Source of the DNA: Phoronis australis
Lineage: Eukaryota; Animalia; Phoronida
DNA: 64,000 nt
Direction of reading: 5' to 3'
Assembly (NCBI GenBank): GCA_002633005.1
Contig: NMRA01000021.1
Coordinates: forward strand, 1,360,735-1,424,734
Of the stretch, positions 40,901-49,733 are shown one piece after another (the stretch's first letter is position 1; each line of letters opens with the position of its first letter). The position numbers were made by a program, and so were the translations under genes. The notes below the pieces were generated by a model that saw only the letters and a list, made by a program, of their open reading frames with translations, was not told the DNA's origin and did no database searches.

Positions 40901-41167
40901 TCTCACTTGATCGCTCTTTCCAAAGGCAGACATTGATTGTTCACCTGCCATATTGAAACTATTGATTTGGCTAGTTTGACCGAAAACTGATGACAATCCG
41001 CTCTGGTCGAAAACCAGATTGGCAGTGCCGCCAAAACCCGCACCAGTTGCTGGTGGCTGAACACCTCCAAATATTGAGCCAGTCACTCCAGGTTGTAAGT
41101 TACCACCAAATATTGAAGAGGACTGGGTGCTGCCAAAAGACGACGCTGTTGACTGCGGGTTGAACAT
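12700..41167 (-). CDS. MCM3AP: Germinal-centre associated nuclear protein (GANP, SAC3 family, TREX-2 mRNA export scaffold); 24 coding exons, about 1898 aa
   Basis: All 24 GT-AG exons join in frame (sum 5697 nt). Domain order: xFG-rich N-terminus, RRM-like domain, SAC3/GANP PCI domain ([100 protein letters not shown]), helical CID region, C-terminal MCM3AP domain ([29 protein letters not shown]). Confidence 0.96.
13888..13921 (+). repeat. (AAT)11 microsatellite
   Basis: Direct reading. Confidence 0.97.
14252..14354 (-). CDS. MCM3AP: GANP coding exon 23
   Basis: [24 protein letters not shown]; phase 0-1 bridges exons 22 and 24. Confidence 0.85.
14383..14556. mobile_element. Palindromic (fold-back) MITE
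   Basis: Arms ATTATTACATG..TTATCTAGA..GGATTTTGGAGAATTATC / GATAATTCTCCAAAATCC..TCTAGATAA..CATGTAATAAT around a CCCGAGGGGCGTTAGCCCCGAGGG core. Confidence 0.85.
14992..15151 (-). CDS. MCM3AP: GANP coding exon 22
   Basis: VDKLLS...[16 protein letters not shown]. Confidence 0.88.
15500..15689 (-). CDS. MCM3AP: GANP coding exon 21
   Basis: [15 protein letters not shown]...LPEF. Confidence 0.9.
16569..16968. mobile_element. MITE whose right subterminal segment is amplified as a 41-bp x4 array (16776-16938)
   Basis: CTTAACTACAGGTCACACAATGTGACCAAGATATGGCATGA x4; a single inverted copy at 16597-16633; degenerate inversion continues outward. Confidence 0.8.
17519..17639 (-). CDS. MCM3AP: GANP coding exon 20
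   Basis: [34 protein letters not shown]. Confidence 0.92.
17916..19087. mobile_element. PIF/Harbinger-type MITE with 3-bp TCA TSD
   Basis: tca|GGGCTGTTCCAGCAAAATC ... GATTTTACTGGAACAGCCC|tca. Confidence 0.85.
18300..18660. mobile_element. IS3EU-like MITE nested in the Harbinger MITE; 6-bp TSD; internal 21-bp repeats
   Basis: caagtg|TACGGTGGCCCGAAAGTATCATCGCTA ... TAGCGATGATACTTTCGGGCCACCGTA|caagtg; interior is a head-to-head array of TTTTCACCTRGGTGGAAACTA-like units. Confidence 0.88.
19259..19420 (-). CDS. MCM3AP: GANP coding exon 19
   Basis: [16 protein letters not shown]...DFVEELL..EF...RRQEGLLHQ. Confidence 0.9.
19981..20223 (-). CDS. MCM3AP: GANP coding exon 18
   Basis: [25 protein letters not shown]. 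Confidence 0.88.
21214..22063 (-). CDS. MCM3AP: GANP coding exon 17
   Basis: 850-nt exon; [26 protein letters not shown] motifs. Confidence 0.92.
22961..23281 (-). CDS. MCM3AP: GANP coding exon 16 (E/K/R/A-rich helix)
   Basis: Phase 2-2; EIAKQVV...[19 protein letters not shown]|gtgagc. Confidence 0.88.
23465..24720. repeat. Old interspersed element made of degenerate tandem modules (Helitron/Helentron-like?); shorter relative at ~22220-22400
   Basis: Both copies start AACAAGAGCAACG...AGCATTGA; recurring CCACTAGGNGGCG and ACGTCAAATYCAT modules. Confidence 0.55.
24903..25170 (-). CDS. MCM3AP: GANP coding exon 15
   Basis: ttttcag| phase 1-2, open; helical [26 protein letters not shown]. Confidence 0.85.
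25555..25768. mobile_element. Palindromic MITE
   Basis: ATGATAAATGATCA..TGATAACAAATGAACATCCTTCATAG / CTATGAAGGATGATCATTTGTTATCA..TGATCATTTATCAT. Confidence 0.8.
25804..25921 (-). CDS. MCM3AP: GANP coding exon 14
   Basis: [20 protein letters not shown] (cf. human [19 protein letters not shown]). Confidence 0.93.
26670..26870 (-). CDS. MCM3AP: GANP coding exon 13 (partial second copy at 27151-27312)
   Basis: [26 protein letters not shown]...[10 protein letters not shown]|gtatgt. Confidence 0.9.
26709..27591. other. 441-bp tandem duplication either side of a single N (probable assembly overlap)
   Basis: 26709-27149 matches 27151-27591 with one substitution seen (26717 A vs 27159 G); N at 27150. 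Confidence 0.9.
27524..27749 (-). CDS. MCM3AP: GANP coding exon 12
   Basis: [30 protein letters not shown]...[11 protein letters not shown]. Confidence 0.93.
28375..28500 (+). repeat. Interspersed repeat; second copy at ~32170-32290
   Basis: Both copies share CCACAGCACAGCAGTAATACTTCATTGGCATTGGAAG and diverged flanks. Confidence 0.75.
28822..29096 (-). CDS. MCM3AP: GANP coding exon 11
   Basis: DITQQNL...EKCARFHI...[15 protein letters not shown]...[18 protein letters not shown]. Confidence 0.95.
29939..30088 (-). CDS. MCM3AP: GANP coding exon 10
   Basis: [10 protein letters not shown]...[15 protein letters not shown]. Confidence 0.95.
30774..30842 (-). CDS. MCM3AP: GANP coding exon 9
   Basis: [17 protein letters not shown]. 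Confidence 0.93.
31647..31789 (-). CDS. MCM3AP: GANP coding exon 8
   Basis: [26 protein letters not shown]. Confidence 0.95.
32880..32972 (-). CDS. MCM3AP: GANP coding exon 7
   Basis: [23 protein letters not shown] (cf. human [21 protein letters not shown]). Confidence 0.9.
33841..34116 (-). CDS. MCM3AP: GANP coding exon 6 (alternative in-frame start at 34080)
   Basis: Phase 1-1, Ser/Pro-rich linker, donor A|gtaagg; two in-frame acceptors. Confidence 0.7.
34964..35072 (-). CDS. MCM3AP: GANP coding exon 5
   Basis: [27 protein letters not shown]..., completes the RRM; donor A|gtgagt. Confidence 0.88.
35880..36135 (+). repeat. Degenerate AAAACATGGT(AT) satellite
   Basis: Repeated AAACATGG / ATATGG(T/C) units. 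Confidence 0.8.
36513..36718 (-). CDS. MCM3AP: GANP coding exon 4 (RRM-like)
   Basis: [43 protein letters not shown]|gtgagt. Confidence 0.88.
37102..37233 (-). CDS. MCM3AP: GANP coding exon 3
   Basis: ctccag|...G|gtagct, phase 1-1, open: [19 protein letters not shown]... Confidence 0.72.
38562..39290 (+). repeat. Diverged tandem repeat of about 430 bp, about 1.7 copies
   Basis: AGGTCRAAGRTCATT...AGCTAGAYACTTCAAATTTACAYA...AAAGTTTCAGG(T/A)CATTTGGTGC at 38562 and 38992. Confidence 0.8.
40089..40160 (-). CDS. MCM3AP: GANP coding exon 2
   Basis: ttttcag|...G|gtaaat, phase 1-1, open: [23 protein letters not shown]; low conservation. Confidence 0.65.
40495..41167 (-). CDS. MCM3AP: GANP coding exon 1 (FG-rich nucleoporin-like region)
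   Basis: accATG start, upstream acceptor at 41187-41188, donor A|gtaagt; SSFG/SIFG/AGFG/SVFG/SAFG repeats. Confidence 0.85.
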
Positions 41168-42722
41168 GGTTCCTCAGCTTCTTCAACTACAAGTAAACGG
41201 TAAGAGTACGCTAGAACACTAGGACTAGAGCGTGCTTAACACTATAAGCAGTGAAAACCAATTACAAGCATGTTTCACATTTAATCATATCTGATGTTAT
41301 CATCTTGATATCATCTAGTTCCGCACAAGAAATAAGAACAGGGACCAAAATGTAGCATAACACAAAGCAACAAATTTGGCTACGAACGCACACATTGTAT
41401 AGTTATACTAACCCACTCACCCACCCACACATATACACACACGACATCCCTGTTGCAAGATTTTTGATCTGGGAGTGGTAAATCTGTGCACTTCAGCTTG
41501 GAGGGGGTAACTAGTTGGAATAATGCCTTACAATTGTAAATCATGGACCACACACAACAGGCTCTCTGATATTGACATGCAAGGTCAGTGAAAACAGTTC
41601 TTTGTAAACCCTGCTCTTGGCCTGTGTAAGTAAATGCAGCTTAGCAAAAGGCTTGTGGTGCTGGCTGAGAAGATAATTGTTTTATTACCCCCTGTGGATT
41701 ATGAATAGCCCAGTCCAAAATCGGCACAAAGCTGCGTAGATATACAGCATTCAACTCAGACGGTGATCATCCCATAGACCTTCCATATGCTAGATGCTTT
41801 GTGTTGAATTACTCCTCACATTGGCTACACCATCTAACCAAGGAGCTGCAAGTACCTTTCGAACATCGCACACCTTTGGAAGCCGTAAATGTCTTTACAT
41901 CCTTCAACTCAAGCAAATACTTCAGCACAAGCAAACTTTCATAGATGACCCGTGCATTAGTGATTGGCTTAATGTCAAGGACATGGACATTGAACTCGGT
42001 GTGATTGAAAAATTTCACGCAAAAGACACGTGCAGTGATGTAACCACAACACATATGCCAAAGTTCACGACTTTACTGACAGAACGAAGGACAATTCAGA
42101 AAAAAAATATTAAGTTAGTATTAGTCAAGCTAAACAACAATAGATGGAGGTTCTCAAACTGGGAGAATTTCTTCCGATTGTGTGAATTATCTTGATTGGA
42201 AGAAAAAATTTCTCTTGATTTCTAAAAATTCTTTTAAAATTAAGAGAATAAATTTCATAAAGTGTTGAACTGGATACAAAAAATTCTCGGTGGAGATAGC
42301 ATGTGATAGGAGGAACAGAACGTTTATGAAATTTCCTCACTTGTTTACTAGAAACATGAAGCCTGAAACAGGAAAAGTATGATTGAAACCAAGGTAAGGT
42401 AGTATTACAAGCCTTGGCCCATCAGATGAACAAGGGAGACAGCAGAACAAACTGTCTGAATATGTAAAACATAGGTTGGAAAGCAATAACCTCTTTTGTC
42501 TGGCTGTAGATTTGTGCTCAAATTAATATCGCAGACAAGAGGTACATGAAGGCTTTTCGTCAGTAGATTATGAGCTCAACAAAACGTAATTTGCCTTTAT
42601 CTCCAACATTTGACAATGATCTAATGATGTTAGTCTACACGTCCTTGACAATTCCTCTCACAATGAAGCCATGCAATGAAAAAATTACTTCCCCTAATTG
42701 GCCCAACTGGCACTACTGCTGC

Positions 42723-43293
42723 TAGACAATGACCCTCGTCTCATGCTGGTGCAGCCAGAGTAGAGCAATGGAGCTCCTATAGGAGCTTCATACACCAGAA
42801 CCTTTTCGGCGAATTATGCCTCGTACTGACTAAAACATCAAAGTCCCATTATTATAAACACCTTGGCCTTAGGAGGTCGTTCATGAATTTAATTCCTTCC
42901 AAATCAAACAAATACACCCGATATCAAACTTTTTCTTCAAGCAGTCCCTCGTTCAGCTCCCAAAATCAGTAACTCGCCATTTTTAAAACTGCGCCTGGCA
43001 GGTGGCATGACGGACATATCCCTGTACGCAGTGTGAAAATGGCAAGTTACCGATTTTGAGATCCAAACGAGGGACTGCTCGAAGAAAAAGTTTGATAACA
43101 GGAGTATGTGTACGAGTTGGGAGGAATTAAATACATCGACGACCTCCTAAGCAGCCCCTCTGACTGTGAAAAAAGGTATTTATAACCACACGACTTTGAT
43201 ATTTTAGTCAGTGCGAGGCATGATTCGCCGAAAAACTTACGTTGTACGAAGCACCTATAGGAGCTCCATCATCTATGCTAGCTACACCAGCTA
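42723..43293. mobile_element. Long fold-back MITE (same family as 44912-46747)
   Basis: About 240-bp imperfect inverted arms (GGAGCTCCTATAGG, TTAGGAGGTCG, ATCAAACTTTTTCTTC, AGCAGTCCCTCGTT and their reverse complements) around a ~35-nt loop. Confidence 0.88.
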
Positions 43294-43579
43294 CTACTGC
43301 CTCATATGGTATATGCCGCCTAGGACTAGGTATAGGTGGTAATGGCATAAGCAATTACATCGCCCTGGATGCTGCAGGCATACAGGGGCGATAGTACATC
43401 CCCACAAAAAGTTACACATTTCAAAATACAGCAAATAAAATCAAATGAACCATACATATAGGAACATGGAGTTGTAATTAACGCATACCCTGACTCTGGA
43501 TACAATTTAGTCGGCAAAACTTGAACAAATTGATAAAAATCTGTCGCGGTTTGCTCGAGTTTGTCTTACTGGTTGCCAT

Positions 43580-43890
43580 TTTAAGGAAGTTATGTGAAAT
43601 CACGCATGTTGAATAAAAAGACCGGGGGACACAAATCTTACAATTTCACCTGATACATTATCGTGCTAGTTTGCAAGTGTCACGCGCTAGCGTCACTTAC
43701 TTCGCTCAGTCTCGCGCTAGCATTTGCCTAACTCACGTGACTCAGTTGATACTTTGTGATTATCAAGGGCGTGGTGAAAAAGTTAACAGCAACCAAAAAA
43801 GTGGAGTTGGAATTCCTCGCCAAAGTCACCTTAATTCTCACAATTAAGCTTCATTGAAGATATGTTTACTGTATAGAAGTAGAAAGGACC
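43580..43890. promoter_or_regulatory. Probable bidirectional promoter of GANP (-) and ST7 (+)
   Basis: CpG-richer segment bounded by outward-facing donors (GTAAG on - at 43565-43569; GTAAGT on + at 43901). Contains an E-box/AP-1 overlap TCACGTGACTCA (43733-43744), a GC box GGGCGTGG (43767), two CGCGCTAGC (43683, 43713) and a YY1-like GCCATTTT (43575). Confidence 0.7.
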
Positions 43891-44667
43891 AATGAGGAAA
43901 GTAAGTGCTTTTTAAGAATGTATTTTTGACGAGGTGAAAACTAAAAATCGGTGGCCGGATTTGGCCTACCGCCCGTTTAAAACACATGGAACGAAATGCG
44001 TACAGAAAGTGATGGGAAGTATTGACTATAATTGTGTAGGCCCTAACCCAACCGAGGCTACGTGTTGTCTAGTAAGGCCACCGCTGACGGGTTAAATATA
44101 AATCAAACGCTGAGCCATTTTCACACAATCACGTTATTATATCATTTAACTTCGACGAGGCTTACAGTCAAATTGCTAGGCGATTCTACTATCGATCAAG
44201 TCCCCGGGACTCTGGGTTTTCCATTTTCCACTAGTAGCCTACTATTAGCGGGTTGTTGAAAACATACATTGAGTCACAAAATTAACTTGAGAGTAAAACA
44301 TCGTATATTTCTAAATATTACTTGAATGGTTGTAATTCACACCATATGGTATTAAAAACTCTTTTGAAATAAAAATATATCACAATTACTGAATTTAAAT
44401 ACTAAACATATGAAATTTGATAAAAATATTCTTAGTTTTCGACCCACGCAAAGAGTTTAGGTCCGTAGACATCAAAAACTTTCATTACCAACCACAATGA
44501 TTTTTAAATTAAATATAAGAGTATAAGAATTTTGCTAAATCATGAAAGAAAATCTTTTAAATTTCTCAGAACAGAATAACTGTCTATTGTAAAATTTTGC
44601 AAGTTTTGCACAAACAAAATCAATTTGTAGTATGCGAGGCTCCCACATATATTTTGTTTTTTCCAGG

Positions 44668-44815
44668 ATGGCAATATTTGGCCGGTGCCTGGAAGTTGTA
44701 AAGAACTGGATCGCGTGGTCCTGGACTTATTTGTGGATTTTGTGGTTCGGTCTCGTTGTTGTAATAGTCTACATACTGCGTGGACCTTTGAAGATTGGCG
44801 AAAATTTGGCGCATG
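44668..44815 (+). CDS. ST7: Suppressor of tumorigenicity 7 (ST7/ST7L family), first coding exon; downstream exons not found in the window
   Basis: MAIFGRCLEVVKNWIAWSWTYLWILWFGLVVVIVYILRGPLKIGENLAH matches the human ST7 N-terminus (LKSCIVWSWTYLWTVWFFIVLFLVYILRVPLKINDNL). Acceptor ttttccag|gATG; phase-1 donor G|gtacgt. Confidence 0.92.
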
Positions 44816-45183
44816 GTACGTTTTTGTCATTAGAAATTTTTGCGGATCATGTCAACGACACTGACACTGTGCTGTTATGAATATGAGTGTGTGAAGAGCC
44901 GGCTAGTGGAGTAGACAGTGACCACCGTCTCTAGCTGACTAGAGACGGTGTAGCTCCTATTGGAGTTTCATCTGTCGGAAGCTTCACGCTAACTGAAACA
45001 TCAAAATCACGTTGTTATAAATACATTTTGCGCATAGAGACAACTTAGGAGGCCATCCAAGTATTTAATTCCTACCAACTTAAAGAGGCACAAGTCGGAT
45101 ATAAATAATGGACCCTGACTTAGAGAACCAGGCAGTGACTAAATAACGGCCCCGTTATTTAGTGTATGAAACTGGTTCTCTAA

Positions 45184-45867
45184 TGGCCCACCCTCCAGGA
45201 AAGACGAGCTCAAAACAAACTGTCCCTTCTGTACAAGACCGTCTGTAACCTGGTTTCTATTACTCACATATTCCTTCCACTCTGTCAAGAATGACTTCTT
45301 GATGATTTTATCTATTCTGAGAATTGTGCCTTATTTGGGCCCACCTACACGTTTAATACTATTGGTTAGTTTAACTCCTCCTACTCGTACCACGTGATTA
45401 CTACACGTGGCTGCATCAACTGTATTATTATATTGTAGTTTCCGTGCAAATAAAATCAGTTGTTCTTTTAACCTTACACGAACCAGTTATCACTTTTGCT
45501 CTCCCAATTCATTCCACACACACTCCTACATTACCTCCAAGTCACGTAACTCCCACTCTCATACCTTTGAAAGATCATACATCCGCTCTGCGTACTACGC
45601 AAACTCTTTCTTTCCATCTACCATTTTACTCTGGAATAGACTCCCACAGTTCGTCATCTCGTCAGAAACAATAGAACTATTCACAGGTCACATCCTGAAT
45701 ATCAATCTTATACAGTATTCAATAAAACCTGTTTTATGTTGTACTAACCAGCACTTTGTTTTATCATTATTTTTCACAGTTATGTACACCTCAGTTTTAT
45801 ACTAAAATGCGCCAAGAAGTAAGGATCGAAATCATGATCGTTTGTTTTATATGGGAAGAAGAAGAAG
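45184..45867 (+). mobile_element. 3' fragment of a CR1/L2-group LINE, interrupted, with (GAA)n tail
   Basis: WPTLQERRAQNKLSLLYKTVCNLVSI (45184-45261) and SRNSHSHTF...YYANSFFPSTILLWNRLP (45540-45646) are typical ORF2 C-terminal motifs; GAAGAAGAAGAAG at ~45855-45867. Confidence 0.85.
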
Positions 45868-46123
45868 TCAGGTTCCATTACATCCAACTAATGTCCTTAA
45901 AGAAATTCTCCCGTTATTAAATTTTTTTCTTCGAGTAATCCATCCTTCAGGTCCCAAAGTCGGAAACTCGCAATTTTTAACACTGCGCGCGGCAGGTGGT
46001 ATGCAGTCATATCCCCTGGCGTGAGTATTTCGTCAAGTTGGAAGGAATTAAATACATTGTCGGCCTCCTAAGGTGTCCATCTATACGCAAAAAGTATTTA
46101 CAATAACGTGACTTTGATGTTTT

Positions 46124-46643
46124 TGTTGTAGATGTGCTTCCGGGTAATTATATGAGTCTGTTAGCTACTTGCTAACGGGCAATTGCCTATTAGCTGAATG
46201 GTTAGCAGGCGTGCCGGTTTTATGGGGGTCGATGGTTCAATTCCTGGGTCAGAAAATGGCCTAGTCAGCAAACGGATGATCTACCAATGAAGCACTGCCA
46301 ACTAGTACCCACAGACCTCGGGACAGCGCGCATGGAAGGTTCCAGGAGTCGAGGAGGTCTTTATTAGAGACTAACTTGCGTTCACCTGTGTTGTGGTGGT
46401 AAAGGTACCAAGGGACGTTGATGACCTGCATGCGAGACATCCTGGTGTTCATCTTCCTGGTGGCGTGCCTGTTCTGTAGAAAAGGGGGTAATGTTGTAGA
46501 TGTGCTTCCGGTGAATCATTTGAGCCTCTGTTAGCTACTCGCTAATGGGCAATTGTTTATTAGCTGAATGATTAACACACTCAGAGGTTTTATGGGGGTC
46601 GCCGGTTCGATTCTGTGGCTGGGTAATCTCGGCTATTACTACG
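46124..46643 (+). mobile_element. TRIM (miniature LTR retrotransposon) with tRNA-like Pol III A/B boxes in both LTRs
   Basis: Direct repeats start TGTTGTAGATGTGCTTCCGG at 46124 and 46492; PBS-like TGGCCTAGTCAGCA 46257-46270; PPT AGAAAAGGGGG 46478-46488; TTTT TSD; A box TAGCTGAATGG, B box GGTTCAATTCC. Confidence 0.85.
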
Positions 46644-48544
46644 TTTTCATCAGTGAGAGGCATAACTCACCGAAAAGGTTCCGGCGTATGAAGCTCTTAT
46701 AGGAGCTATCAGCGTCTGTAGTCAGCTAGAGATGGGGTCACTATCTACTAGTGGAGTGACAGTGCACTAGTAATAGTAGTGCAGTTGTTGCCTACTTGTG
46801 CCTGGTCCTGGGTAGCCAGGTTTGTGACCTTCCTCCGTTGTATTTTGCCAATGGATTGTTATCGCTGGGAATTAGCGATAACTTTTGAGGGAAATATACT
46901 AGAACTAGAAGTCAGAAAGCCCAACAAGTTCAAACTTAACTTAAAGTTTGACCTCTTTCTTGATGTTCATGACTGACCCAGTGACTGTCAGTCCTTGCTT
47001 ACCTAACTTGCAATATTGTGTCTTCGGGGATTTCCTTCACATGAGGGCGCTGTGGTTAAACCAGACAGGTCGGAGTTGGTATTAGGAGCCATGGTGGTAA
47101 TGATGCGACATCAACTCGATTCTGTTCCGAATTGTTTGAATAAAGGTGAAATTTGTTTCCATGCCTCGCACGAGCTATAGGCTATATTGGGGTGAGTATA
47201 GTTTAGTCATTACTAATGATTATGTGATGTGTAAATCTGAGGCCAGTTTAATATAGCGCGCGCTCCCCAAAGACGAAACATCTCTCTAAAATGAGAGTTC
47301 ATTCTTGAATCGCAGCATGTGCTCTCTTTAGAAAACAAAGAACAGTCCCTATAATCTGATATAATCAATATGGAGCAAGCTTGCACCATTTAATTGGAAT
47401 TATTTTTTTCTGTACCAAATTTGCGACAATTACCTCCAACAATCGTGGTGTACTTTCAAATCGTTGCTTAAGATAAAACTGTAAAGTCACATCAGATGCC
47501 GTCTGCTCGCTTGTGAAAGGTTTTTCAAGAACTGAGAGGTCATACCACTTGCGAATACCATATTGAACAAGCTTCTGTATTACCGGACATGAAGTTTTGT
47601 TTATTTCAAGTTTGTAAACTTGCATAAAATTGTACTTTTACCATTACGATGTATGATACAGCTCCCTTTTACTGATAACTTGCTTCATGTCATGTTCATT
47701 ATTTCTCAAGACTGGAAAAGTATAATACCACCTTCAGAAAGAATGAACAGAACAACTATTTGAAAATGCATTGTCCATCCTAAAATGGAGTATAGCTTTA
47801 TTGTTTAGTAATAAAAAAGCACAAAATTTTATGTCTTAGTTGCTGAATAATTAGAATTCTGGCAGATACCACTTAGTTCCATCAACGAAGTCGGCTTCTG
47901 TGAATCCCGTCCGTTTCCATTATTGCAAGTAATCGGGATCTCTACATGAGTCAGGTAGCAACTCGCATACAGCAGGGATATACTTAGCCGCTCCCCCAGT
48001 TGCCAATGCGAGTAAAAATGGTGCTGGGCAAGTAGAAGTTGACTTGCCAGTCCCAGATGGCGAGCGAATTTTCAGAGCGCAAAAACTATATCATTTCCCA
48101 GATGAACATGAATAAATTTTCTCCTCGTGCTGTTTTTATCATGAATTTAAGGTTCAGTTTAGTCAGCATGTCGATGCTCCAGCAATAAAAAACATAGCCG
48201 CAGTGCGATCTTACCGATTCAGTATATGTCACCTGTTACGCGATTCGTCTAGACAAAAGGACACAGTGTGCACAAAGGAATTTGTGTACTAGTCCGAAAC
48301 GAAGAAAAGGGGGGAAAGACGGAAGACCGGTTTATGTGCTCCCAGCAAGTGAAATATCATTATTCTTGGAACTGATTTCTTATTGTAATGTACATTGGAA
48401 TGTCATTTTAGCCAAAATTATTTTATAAATAACATTCGTCCTAATAAGCGCCCATGCCCCTTGTTTTCAGACTTCCCTAAAACAAGAGTCCAGTCCATGA
48501 ACGTGTACATATTCGAAAAATGCCTTACTTACAGTTCTAAAATT

Positions 48545-48850
48545 CTACAGTAATGTCTTCAATTTATCAATTGATATTATCCGACAGTCCCGAAAAATCA
48601 TTGTGCGTGGAATTTTTAGACCACGAGCCTCACCTCTATGCCAGTATTTAGCCGTGGCTGTACACTTCAAAAAGAACGCAAAAGCTCCGCTGATCTTGCG
48701 AGGAACGTGTCCCAATATGACCAGGTCTTTCAGAACAGACGCGGCGTACTTATCAACGGACTTGTATTGTATCTTTCCCATACAGCTCTTCTCCCTCAAC
48801 AGGAATGCAGATTACTTTTGTTCACACAAAAACCACGAATCCAATCTTGA
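48545..48850 (-). pseudogene. Decayed HIRAN-like domain ORF of transposon origin
   Basis: Frameshifted IRGFCVNK/ICIPVEGEEL/DKYAASVLKDLVILGHVPRKISGAFAFFL...GLKIP...IDKLKTLL resembles the RGYHVYK..W.P..GE.L...D..AV.V....GH.PR..S...FL...GLE.P consensus. Confidence 0.65.
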
Positions 48851-49309
48851 CCAGTGTTAATGAGCACGTGGCCAAGAAGCACGCGCTAGGGCCCACGTAC
48901 ATGTTAGTATGTGGACCTGCTACCGACTCTGCCAAATGAACTCTGATGACACGCATGCACTCGCTCACTCTGCGCACACCTGCAGACTAACTTCAAAAGA
49001 AACGTCACGTGACAACAACATGTGTGTTCATCCAGATTGTTCGCTTGTTGCGGGGTGCAATCTAGCCCAGATTTGGACTTTAGTTAATACAGACTCCACA
49101 GGAACTTAAAAATCATAAGTACGTTATTAGGAAAACTTAAAGGAGAATGCGACCCGATTTAATTAGTCTTTTTTGCCGTCTTAATCGGTTTTTATCCACA
49201 TCACTTTGTATACGGTTAATTTCACCTCGACGTTAACCTGTGAGGAAGGTGAGAAATGACTCAGCGACGTCAATGGTTCTTCTGCAGAGTGAGTGCCACT
49301 ATGTAGTGA

Positions 49310-49600
49310 CGTATCGTTCTCGCTTGTGAGAACTATGAAGCTACGGGGAAAGCAGGTATATCATTTTTTTGATTTCCTCGAGAGCACACAATGCTTCGGA
49401 AGTGGTTCACGGTAGTGAAGAATGAAAAATACGCCGTAATACCAATTAAGTATAAGGCCGTGAAACTACTCCGTATCTGTGGCCGAAATTTCGTCGACAG
49501 TGATTTCCATGACGATCGAATGCAAGCTTACCAATCAGCTCATGCCAGGGCAGAAAAAGAGACTGAGTATGAAGTCAGATGTTTTGCCTAGTGTGTTTGG
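49310..49600 (+). pseudogene. THAP zinc-finger relic (transposase N-terminus)
   Basis: (R)IVLACENYEATGKAGISFF*FPREHTMLRKW...LRICGRNFVDSDF/fs/...RLSMKSDVLPSVF: THAP FP, W, CxxHF-like and AVP-like signatures, with a stop and a frameshift. Confidence 0.8.
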
Positions 49601-49733
49601 GTTTTGTTGGCAAGAGACAAAACAACGCAGATCGGTAGTTGCTCAGTTTTTGATTATGGAGAATTGTAGCTGGCCATGGAAACATAAACAATTACAATTA
49701 ACAACATTTCATATAACCTGCTTGATGGCTTAC

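Larger units (their letters stand above)
44912..46747. mobile_element. Fold-back non-autonomous DNA transposon with 9-bp TSD (Mutator or AcademH type) carrying nested insertions
   Basis: ctagtggag|TAGACAGTGACC ... GGTCACTATCTA|ctagtggag; arms homologous to 42723-43293. Confidence 0.85.

Noticed and set aside
41794-42195. 133-aa + strand ORF upstream of the GANP ATG
   Set aside because: No recognisable motif, and a nearby - strand acceptor (~42078) gives stops in all three phases.
46185-46255. Functional tRNA gene (also 46555-46625 and 50480-50550)
   Set aside because: A and B boxes are present, but I could not fold a convincing acceptor or anticodon stem. They sit inside LTRs or a SINE head.
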